DNA of 64,000 nucleotides, from the NCBI GenBank assembly GCA_004764695.1, contig SMSO01000032.1:7844483-7908482 (forward strand), written 5' to 3'. This document shows positions 1-9,867 of this stretch, piece after piece; the first letter of the stretch is position 1; each line of letters starts with the position of its first letter. The DNA comes from Schizochytrium sp. TIO01. Its lineage: Eukaryota; Protista; Bigyra: Labyrinthulomycetes. The translations under genes were made by a program, and so were the position numbers. The notes beneath the pieces are model-generated. The model was not told the origin of the DNA, searched no databases, and saw only the letters and a list, made by a program, of their open reading frames with translations.

Positions 1-929
1 TCCATGTTCTTTCTGCTGCTGTCTTCTCTTCGATTTATAAGAACTGAAAAAAGAAGGAAAGAAATTATTGATTCGAATACCTTCTCAGAGTCTCCACCAT
101 TACTTTTTACCTTTTCTATTTTTATTTTGTTCTTCGAAAAGTTAATGGGGTGACTGTTACATCATATTTCAAACTTGACTTGATTTGATCATTCTTGTTT
201 AATTGAAATATATACAATATGTATATGTTTAAAACTGAAAATATTTTCCTTGAAAGAAAGAAAAAGAAAAAGAAAAAGAAAGAAAACAAGAAAACAAGAA
301 AACAAGAAAGAAAGGGAAAAACTTATAGTTTGCTCCCTTCTTAATACTACTAGATGGCACCATAGCTGGAGGCTAATTGTGGGTCTGTTCTCTTTCTTTC
401 AAGAGCCATATTCTTTTTTCTTTTTCTCTTCTTTCTCCTTTCTTTTACCCTTCTTTTACCCTTCTTTCTCCTTTCTTTCTCCCATTTAAAGGAGGCGCGG
501 TCACAGAACACGCAGACAGTACCGCAGCGGACAGCGGCAAGCCAGCCGACCACCCGCACGACGCGCGGTCAGCAAACCCCCAACGTGGCGTTACGCCCAT
601 CGTGGCCATTATCAACACCGGAAGACATCTCTCTGTAGCAGTAGTAGCTGCAGCCTCCGTGCACAACCTCCTCAGCTGTGAAAGAGTTGTAGTCAACACT
701 CACAGCAGCGGTGGTGCAGACTAATTTAGAGAAAGAGCGTGAAGAAGTGAAGAAAAAAGAGAAGAGACTAGAGAGCGAAATCCTCTGAGGAGCCATCGCT
801 CATTGCAATTGTTCTCTCAACGTCTCAGTCACCTCTTCAAACAACTCGTTGAAGAACCTAACCAACGAACAGTTTCTTACCATCCATCAACATTCTTGTG
901 CAGCACTCAAAAACAAACTATTTGTGAAA

Positions 930-2159
930 ATGATGCGAAATGTGGCAACAGCTTCTTCTCGCATTGTGCGATCTGCTTCAAGCACCGCGCGCAATGTCGC
1001 AGGTCGCCGCCCAAGACCCTTCTCCACCTCCCGGGAAGCTCCTCGCGTGACCGCTCAGAATCTGCGTCCTAAATCCCAATTTTCGCTTCCGCAACACGAA
1101 CTTTTTGGTCGCAGCCTCAGCAAGGTGGACACTCGTGAGTTCTCTGCCTCGCCAGCCGCGGCCAGAGCCTCGAGTGACCCAGCCCCGGCCATGGATGACC
1201 TCAGCGATGGATACTACCTTCCCCTCAAGTACCGCAAACGCGAGACCCGAATGCGCTACGAACTAGGTCAAGAACTTGGTCGAGGCCATTATGCAATCGT
1301 TTACGAAGCGCTTGACCACAAGACTAACCAAAAGGTTGCCGTCAAAGTCATGGATAAACGCTCTGCACCTCGCGAGATTTGCCAGAATGAGTTGCGTATC
1401 CTTGAGGAAATCAGTGCCAGTGGCCGCCACCACCGCATTACCCCCATCAAAGATGTTTACGAAGACAACCGTCACCTCTACTTTGTGCTTGAGCTCATGC
1501 GTGGTGGTGATTTCTTTGAGCGAGTCTCCACTTCTGGTCGTATCCCGGAACGCGAGGCTGCTGCGGTGGTCCGTAAGCTTTGCTTCGCCCTAAACGCACT
1601 TCATGAGCATGGTATCCTTCACCGTGACGTTAAGCTTGAAAACCTTCTTCTTGAAGGCCAACTTCCTCACGAAGAGAAGGATGAGCATGAGGACGAGGCT
1701 TTCAAGCTTGCTGACTTAGGCTTTGCAAAGCGCTTTGAGGACTCGGACGCTTTTAAAAACCCTGCCGGAACTATTGGCTACGTCGCACCGGAAGTGCTCC
1801 GTGACCGCCATTACTCCCCAGCTTGCGACGTCTGGTCTGCAGGCATTGTGCTCTACATTCTTTTGGCAGGGTACCCTCCCTTTCCTCATAAACCTGGTGT
1901 TGATGTGTCGCGCATGAGTGTTGAAGAACAGCTTGAGGTAGAGCTTGAAGCCATCGAGTATGGACGTGAGCCTACACGCTGGCGAGCTCATCTCCAGAAA
2001 GGTGTATGGCGTGACATCGACCCTGGTGCGAAGTCGTTGGTTTCCCGCATGCTTCGTGTGGACCCTGCTAAGCGTTACACCACTCAACAGGTCTTAAATG
2101 ACCCCTGGGTGCTTCGTAACACCAAGCATCGTCAAACCGAGTACCTCAACTTTGAGTAA
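930..2159 (+). CDS. CAMK-group Ser/Thr protein kinase (CaMK/CDPK/PPCK-like catalytic domain only) with predicted mitochondrial presequence
   Basis: Motifs LGRGHYAIV, VAVK, HRDVKLEN, DLG, GTIGYVAPE, DVWSAG and DPW. First ATG at 930 (AAAATG context); the ORF track's 849 start is TTG. The N-terminal ~35 aa are R/S/A/T-rich with no acidic residues. Confidence 0.9.
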   Translation: MMRNVATASSRIVRSASSTARNVAGRRPRPFSTSREAPRVTAQNLRPKSQFSLPQHELFGRSLSKVDTREFSASPAAARASSDPAPAMDDLSDGYYLPLKYRKRETRMRYELGQELGRGHYAIVYEALDHKTNQKVAVKVMDKRSAPREICQNELRILEEISASGRHHRITPIKDVYEDNRHLYFVLELMRGGDFFERVSTSGRIPEREAAAVVRKLCFALNALHEHGILHRDVKLENLLLEGQLPHEEKDEHEDEAFKLADLGFAKRFEDSDAFKNPAGTIGYVAPEVLRDRHYSPACDVWSAGIVLYILLAGYPPFPHKPGVDVSRMSVEEQLEVELEAIEYGREPTRWRAHLQKGVWRDIDPGAKSLVSRMLRVDPAKRYTTQQVLNDPWVLRNTKHRQTEYLNFE

Positions 2160-2695
2160 AACCCAGCATTTCTAGCTACTCTATGCTCATTAAACATAGA
2201 CATAGGATCGATGTGATTTCTGGTCTCGCTCAATGTTGGTTAGTTTCTGCCCCTCTCCTCATCTTCATCATCCTGAATCTATTTTGCATGTTGTCACAAT
2301 AATTTGGTGCCCCATGTGAACTGGAATCTGTATCTGCTGACGAAATAGCAAGAAGTCAATAATGAGAATACGAATCTCTTGGCTTGCTTTTCCGTCTTTT
2401 TAAATGAATCTGCAGGAAAAAGTAACCATAACTAGGTTCAGCCTAGCGCAGCAAGTAGTCATGGGCAGCTGATGTCTTTTGCTGCTCATTCATTTGCAAC
2501 TGTACATGGTTGCTTGTCTCGCGGTTTCTCCCTTTTCTTTGTGAATGATAATCAAACTCAAAAGTCGAAAGTCCGTTCTTAGCAGCACAGCTAGGTGTGC
2601 TTCTTTAGATCAATCTCTCGCCAAAACAAAGTGGAAATTGTTGTTTTCTTTTTCTTTTCTTTATCCCCTGTGATTTACTTTCTTTCCCACAGACA

Positions 2696-2826
2696 TAGAG
2701 TTTCTTTCAATCAACACGGTCAAAAGATACGATCCCTCCTTTCCTATCCTTAGTCTAGGACTAGTCCTGCATTGATCAAGATGCCTTCAAGCGATGGTTT
2801 CCTCGCCTCAGTCCTTAATTCTCTTT
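2696..2826. repeat. Copy 1 of ~130-bp imperfect direct repeat
   Basis: Aligns by eye with 3014-3143; 35-nt identical core at 2766-2800 = 3084-3118. Confidence 0.9.
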
Positions 2827-3013
2827 AGATTTCACATCTTTATTTATTGTTATACTACTCTGATTTTGTTTTGATATCAAATGAAAGATCGGTTCTTGTA
2901 CTTAAATCTTAGTACGAACCTAGAGTAATCACTGTGATAGCATGTGAACATCGTGTCTCTTGTGTGAAATAGAACTACCTACTATAATCTGCCATTACAT
3001 CAAAGCACACATG

Positions 3014-3143
3014 TAGAGATTCTTTCAATCAACATGGTCAATAGATACAATTTCTTCTACCTTATCCTTAGTCTAGGACCAGCCCTGCATTGATCAAGAT
3101 GCCTTCAAGCGATGGTTTTCCTCGGCTAGTCCTTATTCTCTTT
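3014..3143. repeat. Copy 2 of ~130-bp imperfect direct repeat
   Basis: Aligns with 2696-2826; shares TATCCTTAGTCTAGGAC and CCTGCATTGATCAAGATGCCTTCAAGCGATGGTTT. Confidence 0.9.
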
Positions 3144-3427
3144 GTACAATTGATGCAATCGATACACTTGACTTCCCAATATTGCATTCATCTTTTTTAT
3201 TTATGATTCAACAACCTTTGAGCACTTGCTGAGAGGCAGACAAAGGCAAAAGATGTACTATCATAAACTTCACTACATGTCAAGGAGAAAAATAGAATAC
3301 AACATGACTGTCTGTATATTGCTCAGGCTGAAATTTGCTTGGTTAATTTAATACTCCTGTGCTTGCTGACAAAGCATTAAACAGATTATAGACGAGACTC
3401 AGTTTTAATGTTGCTTAGTTATCAATA

Positions 3428-3430
<3 letters not shown>

Positions 3431-3470
<40 letters not shown>
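3431..3470. repeat. (GATT)10 microsatellite
   Basis: Read directly; followed by degenerate GGTT units. Confidence 0.95.
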
Positions 3471-3475
<5 letters not shown>

Positions 3476-3904
3476 GTTGATTTGTGTGATTGTTTCAAAA
3501 ACGTTTTACTGACAAATTTGTGAAATTTGTGAACAGCCTAGGCAACAAGTACAACATCATCATGTACCTCCTTATAACAAAATCCAGTTCAGAAACTTAC
3601 AATGCCAAATGCAAAGAGCAAAGACGCAAGGAAATAACGCCCCTCAAGTTGGCGTACTAACGACGTACCATTGGCAAACAGTACTTAACAGGTCCAAGGT
3701 CAACCTAAGAGTTTATTTGAAGCAAACAATGTAAAGTTTAAGGACATCAATGCTTAGTTTGAGGATCAGCTATGACTTCTTCTCCACTACGAAGCATATA
3801 TGCATGTTTCAGGAGTATTGGAAATATCGATTAGCAAGACGCATCACTCAACGTGGTGGTTAAACAAAAAAAAGTATCAAAAGTCAAGAAAAATCTTTAA
3901 GAAC

Positions 3905-4740
3905 TTAGTTCTCGTACACGAAGCTCTCGAGGGGAGACTTGTAGTTGTTGAGGCCCTCAGGGAACCAGAGAGCGAGCTCAGCCTTGGCAGACTCGACGGA
4001 GTCAGAGCCGTGGAAGCAGTTGCGGCCGATATCAATGGCGAAGTCAGCGCGGAGGGTACCGGGGGCAGAGTCCTTGGGGTTGGTGGCACCGAGCATGACA
4101 CGGCCGGTCTTGACGGCATCATCACCCTCCCAGGCCATGGCGACAACGGGGCCGCTCATCATGTAGGAGATGAGGGAGGGGAAGAAGCCCTTGCTGGAGA
4201 GGTCAGCGTAGTGCTTCTCGAGGTGCTCCTTGCTGGGGGTCATCATCTTGAGGCCCACGAGCTTGAAGCCCTTGCGGGAGAAACGGTTGATGACCTCGCC
4301 GGTGAGACCGCGCATAACGCCGTCCGGCTTGATCACTATTTAATAGTACAAATTATTCCACATTAGATACACAAATGCTCAAATTTGGGCATCAAGAAGA
4401 AACAATGACACAACAAGTTTTTACGAGCAAAAAAGGTACAAGGGAGCGTTTTGTCAGTTAGTTTTCAGATGCCCTGTTACAGACACAACTCTCATCAGGT
4501 GATCATCCAATTCGTCTACATCGCTGATTCTCGGCACAGAGAGCTTGCTATAATGAAAGAAAGTAGTTACGTCCGCCACACGTTATTCTATTCTTTCCTG
4601 TCAAGCCGCGTCATGAACATTTCGCTTTCAGCCACTCATCTTGCGCAAGGCATCCAGCAAGGCAGAAGGAAACATGCACGCGCTAGGGACAACCACAATA
4701 CTAGTTACTTACTGATGTATGTCTGCTCGCGCTCCGTCAT
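3905..4740 (-). CDS. NDK: Nucleoside diphosphate kinase, group I; exon 1 4740-4713, intron 4712-4336, exon 2 4335-3905
   Basis: Splicing at GTAAGT...TAG gives [16 protein letters not shown]. Motifs [18 protein letters not shown] and RNCFHGSDS (catalytic His). Confidence 0.95.
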
Positions 4741-6973
4741 TTTGCTTGGGGGGGTGAAGCTTGTTGCTTGCTGGTGATGCTGCGAGTCGTCTCCAATGAT
4801 GCGAATCTGCTGGACCTCGTTGCTTCTTGCTTTCTTTTCAATTTCTCAATTTCTCAATTTCTCTTCTTCTTCTTCTTCTTCTTCTCCTTCTTTCCTCCAC
4901 TGATTAAGTACATGATATGTTATACTCTACCAGTGATGACACAGTACTCTTCTTGTTCTGATCCAACAAGGGTGATGGTGTGATGGCCCTAATGTAAACA
5001 CTAGGAGCGACTGTACTAGAACTCAGATACTGCTCTTAGCAACTGTATGGCTTTCATTTAAAAGTCGGTCTTTCGTGCTGCGTTTTAATCAATCCACTAC
5101 CACTACCACTTATTAGCAGACTCATTACGGTATTTGGATAAGTTTTAATACAGAGACAGATGGAATCCTGAGACAACTACTTTGTATACCTAAGTAGCAC
5201 TACTAGGTACTATTATCCTACTAGTACCACTTGTGCAGCTCCTAGGGATTTCCTATCTAATACTCTAAAAGAAAACCCAGCTTACTGTACTTACCATGAC
5301 ACCTTAAGCTAGGATGTCTCTCCGCCACAAAATCTTCTATCGCCTTATTTTATTTGCATAGCAAAAACTATAGTACTAACACGGTACTGTAGCTTGGATA
5401 CTTTCAGAAAATCAAAGAAGAGAAGAATTAGGATACGTCAATTAGATCTTTATCTTCACAGTGTTGTACTAGGTTTTGATGAAGGCCTGGCTTCTTTCTC
5501 ACTAACGCTACCTCTTACCTTGGTAGTGCTAGCGGGATGGTCAGTTGTTGATCACAGTAGTAGTAGCATATGCCGATTGTATACTTTTTGTAACATAGCA
5601 TGACGAATCTTGCTAGGGAATCATAATTGTTAGTACGCGTACTAGGTAGGCCTCGATATAAATATCCATTAAAACAGCACCATTGTAATACCACTCATGC
5701 TTAGTCGAAAACAGAATATATGGCTATTTAGACGGATACACTTCCAGTGGTATCATCATGATATTTAGAATGGAAGAATATACAACATACTAGGTTTGCA
5801 GTCTGTACTTGAACATCATCAGCCAGAAATTTATGATTTTAAAGAAGAAAAAAATGAAATTTTCCCTCCCATACTTTGTATTGATAGCTATTGATACCAT
5901 ACGTACAAATGGATTCAATCTTCATTGCCCCAGAATTTCATCTTTCGCTGTTGTCATCATTCACGTGATAATTTGCTTGTCAAGGTCTACAGCTAAATGT
6001 TATACTGCTACCTTCTGAGGCGAAAACAATGTTCTGAAAGACTGTCTTCGTCTATTCTCCTTTGGAATGCATCGTAGTGAAAGTATCAATTTAACTTATG
6101 AAGGCGCGCATATACCCATGATACGAGATACTCAATATATCCTAAACGCATGATGCAAATCGTGGATTGATTTCATTACAAGCTCTATTCGTCCTAAGGC
6201 GGCGAAACTTTAGATTTCATCATCAGATCACTCTTAAAGGTACTACCGAACCCCTTATTTTCTAAACGAGATGTCTAGAATTAGCCATATGCCTTCTTTT
6301 GCCACTGTTAGCAAAATGTTGATACACTCCCAAATATTTTCTACAAGATCTCTTTTGCTTTCGTCGGAGAATAAAAGACTGTATTTCCTGCAGGCCTACA
6401 TACCACTAGATATGTCATAGGGGAAATGGTAATTACACTACTAAAACTGCGATTACTAGTAAGAACAACCCATTTTGATCTGCCTGCTGCTTCGCCGATT
6501 TACTTCATCAAGCAGAAGCTCGACTCGGACCTCGGGGACGGGGTTGAAGAGTTTCCTTGGGCTAGATTTGTAGGTTGCACGCTCAGGAAGCTTAGGACGT
6601 CTTAGAGGGGTCTCTCTGGCTCAAGCATCTTTATAAAGAAGCTCTGACACGGGAAGGAAGGACTTGGAGCTTCGGCTCAAACACGTAGGCGATAACCGCG
6701 GTACATCAGCTCATCTTCAGTACAATCGCAACTGTCACAACCAAACCCTTCAACTAGGCAATCAATTCCGTTGTATTAGATCAAATAGCAAGTTTGGCAC
6801 TTCAATCTATTTCATTAATCTCAACTATCAGGGCAACGCTTTAGCATTATCCTGGAGTCCCAGGACTTGTTGTGCATAGAATACAGATCGTGAGACACAG
6901 GGGGATATCTGGCTTCGCTACATCTCAGCCTTTTCTTCGGCCTCCTCTTCTTTAAACCTAGCCGAGGCAAATC

Positions 6974-8938
6974 ATGTTGAGGCTTAGTCGCCTAGCATCG
7001 GTGAGAGCCAATGATCATAACAGCTTTAGGCGTTGTGGTATGCGCTTCTTGGTGCTTACAACGAAAACCCCACGCCCTGAAGATCTCAAAATAAATTTAC
7101 ACCTTTTCAGAAATAAAGACGAGCTACTGGGTGTTCGACAACTTTCTTATAAAGCAAAGAATTCCACTCACGAGGTTAGCAATAGATACATAGACGCCAC
7201 GCATGGGTCACCCTTGCGAACTCGGAGTTTCTGCTCGCGCCCTACTTCAAACTCTTCAAACCCTGAAGACTCTCATAAAACAGAGATGGAAAAGTCAAGC
7301 GAAACAACACAATCAAGCTCTCCCCAACAAGCAAGGTCGCCTCTTTCATATATGCCATCTCCAACCCCCTTCACTAGATCGAACCCGGCTTCATCTTCAA
7401 TACCTGGTGACTCTGCTCGCGACCCGCCTAGGAATAACGCGATAAAACGCCCTGAAGGTGCATATTCCTCGCGCATCCCACTTCCAAGTTCATGGATTGC
7501 CTCAATTCGAGCAGTTGTAGAGACCCTCGCTCCCGAAGAAATTCGCAAAACCCTTTTGCGTCGTATGGTCATGTTACGTTCGGGGGGGAACTCAAGCACT
7601 TCTGGCGGATCTTCCGCAAGCTCATCACGGGCACACGCTTCAGGCGTAGCTGCACTTTATGAAGGTGAAACGTATGACTCATTAAGAGACACCATCCGAC
7701 GACTTGACTCATCGATGCAATACAAGGAGTATCATACACTTCGCTGGAGTGCGGGCTTTCTAGCTTTACTTATTTGCCTCATGTACTACTTCCGGGATGA
7801 GCTCAAGGGATGGTTTGGCACAACCAGTGCTGACATCACTAGCCGCACGCTTGGAGACGAAAGTGTACAACGGGAGGCTCAAAATTTAGCTCAGGGTGTT
7901 GTTTACCAACTTCTCAACGATGCACATGCTCTGCGTCTGACAACTGAGTTCTTGAATGAACTTTTAGAAAGAGAACATACTAGGCGCGCAGTACTAGACC
8001 TCCTTGCCAGTGTTGCAGCACGTGAAGAGACACAAACCTTGCTGCATAATCTATTTGTGCATATTATGACTCAGCCCGCTTTTGTAGAGCAGACTAGTCT
8101 TTTCGTCCAGGATGTCCTTGCGCGTGAGTCCACAAAGATTGCTCTTCGGGATCTCTTTGCTGCACTTTTTGCTGATGAGGAAGCTCAACAACTTATGGCA
8201 GACTTTTTCCAACATGTTATTAATACAGACACGTTTCGTGATAGTGTATACCAACTTGGAAAAGATACTACTCATGATCTTCTCAATAATCGAGAAATAT
8301 CTCAGCATGCTGTAGTGTGGGTTCAAGATGTACTTGGTGAACCTGACTTACACTCTAAAGCAGGTGACGCAATTTGGGGAGCAATCACCTCTACTTTCAT
8401 TCCTGGATTTCTCGGTGGGGGTTCTAAAAAGAAAGACATGGTGAACATTGATGAAGCAATCGAAAGCTTACGTCGAGACCGAGCAGAGGCTACTTCCCAA
8501 GGGACAATGGAAAAAAATAAAAAATCTCCACCCTCCTCACTCGGCGGGACCTCGAGTATGCCCAGTTCTAGCAACAGCACCCATATTAATACTACCAATA
8601 GCAATAGTTCCAGCAATACCAGTAGTAGTAGCACCGTTTTAAGCTCATCCAGTATCTCAAGCACAACACTTGGAGGCTCAAGTGTACCTGGGGATATTCC
8701 CGATGAATTTAGGCGTGAAGATATACCTCCGCCGAGGTCAAAGGTTCCACCTCGCACAGTTAGCTCCGCACCAATGTCTTCCAATTTTAATGTTAACATT
8801 AGTAGTAGCGAAAAGACCGCCAAGTTACCAGTGCTTGGTAAATCTCGCTCAGATCTCAGCCAGTCCGAAGTTCCAGTCTTTGTAGCGGCGGAAGCTGCTG
8901 CCGAGGCCGCTGTTGGTGCCCCTTCAGAAAGCCCTTAA
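6974..8938 (+). CDS. Uncharacterised protein: mitochondrial-type presequence, one TM helix, 17-aa amphipathic helical repeats, Ser-rich tail
   Basis: 654-aa ORF starting MLRLSRLASVR; TM WSAGFLALLICLMYYF; periodic helical segment follows. Confidence 0.8.
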   Translation: MLRLSRLASVRANDHNSFRRCGMRFLVLTTKTPRPEDLKINLHLFRNKDELLGVRQLSYKAKNSTHEVSNRYIDATHGSPLRTRSFCSRPTSNSSNPEDSHKTEMEKSSETTQSSSPQQARSPLSYMPSPTPFTRSNPASSSIPGDSARDPPRNNAIKRPEGAYSSRIPLPSSWIASIRAVVETLAPEEIRKTLLRRMVMLRSGGNSSTSGGSSASSSRAHASGVAALYEGETYDSLRDTIRRLDSSMQYKEYHTLRWSAGFLALLICLMYYFRDELKGWFGTTSADITSRTLGDESVQREAQNLAQGVVYQLLNDAHALRLTTEFLNELLEREHTRRAVLDLLASVAAREETQTLLHNLFVHIMTQPAFVEQTSLFVQDVLARESTKIALRDLFAALFADEEAQQLMADFFQHVINTDTFRDSVYQLGKDTTHDLLNNREISQHAVVWVQDVLGEPDLHSKAGDAIWGAITSTFIPGFLGGGSKKKDMVNIDEAIESLRRDRAEATSQGTMEKNKKSPPSSLGGTSSMPSSSNSTHINTTNSNSSSNTSSSSTVLSSSSISSTTLGGSSVPGDIPDEFRREDIPPPRSKVPPRTVSSAPMSSNFNVNISSSEKTAKLPVLGKSRSDLSQSEVPVFVAAEAAAEAAVGAPSESP

Positions 8939-9867
8939 TTTAGCTATTGATAAATCGTAACCGTTCATATGTAGCCTATCAAAACCATAAAGCCTTGACC
9001 TTGTTCTCTGTTATGTAGTAGAAACCTCTCCTTATCAGCCCAGATCTTCTTCTCATTCTATCTGCATTTGAGTCAACCTCCTTTTAAAATTAACTTTCAT
9101 GAATTGGTACTGTGATATCATACAACGATGTGCACTCTGGACATGACGCCTTCGTATAGTTTGACGGACACCGATACTTTCAAGTTGGAAAACTGTTTGG
9201 AGTTGTATTGAGACGTATTGTTCGTATTTAGAGATCCTTAGTATATCGCTGAACTCAGAAGTAGTTTAGTGGTACTGTCGAATGCCATTTATTTGAATGA
9301 ATTTATGTTCATATGAGTAGTTAGCTGAAGTAAAAGCTCACTCGCTGCTTAGCAACAAGAACAATATCTGTTAGATTACACAGACAAAGAACTACCACTC
9401 ATGTAGACACTTGGAAAATAAATATTCACCGGAGAATCCATAAAATTTTGACTGACTGAATGTTAAACTAGATTTCCTTTTCACAGTCTGTTAGAAGCAT
9501 ACCATTAAGTATGTTTTGACTTGAGAGAAAAGGATTGTAGTAGCCCAGTAATGAGTGATTGTTCTGGCTTTGGTTTGTACCTTTTCTTGGTAAGAGTTAC
9601 TACCTCTAACTATTAGTATTAGTACCCACTACTACTTTGTATGTATAGTATTGATTGTAGGTTCATCTTATAGTAGAACTCTAAATTGGAGGATACTATT
9701 GGTGATCTTAACAAACAGTTTTGCTCGAATCGTTTTGGATTTCAACAAACTCTCAGTTCTTCGTAGAAGCCTTACAAACGGTTGGGATCAGCCGAGGTCC
9801 ATCAAGGGTATAAGATCGATTCTCTGCTGCCGCTGACCAAGTCTTCAGTCTTCGCGACACACTGACG

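Noticed and set aside
250-480. ORF 250..489 and the purine/pyrimidine tracts
   Set aside because: Low-complexity A/G and T/C runs; the translation is a compositional artefact.
3800-4366. 188-aa + strand ORF
   Set aside because: Antisense shadow of the codon-biased NDK exon.
4455-4500. CTGATGA...CTGA/GAAA in the NDK intron (minus strand) as a hammerhead or C/D snoRNA
   Set aside because: Hammerhead stems I and III cannot be formed; box spacing is too short and the rRNA complementarity I could see is only ~8 nt.
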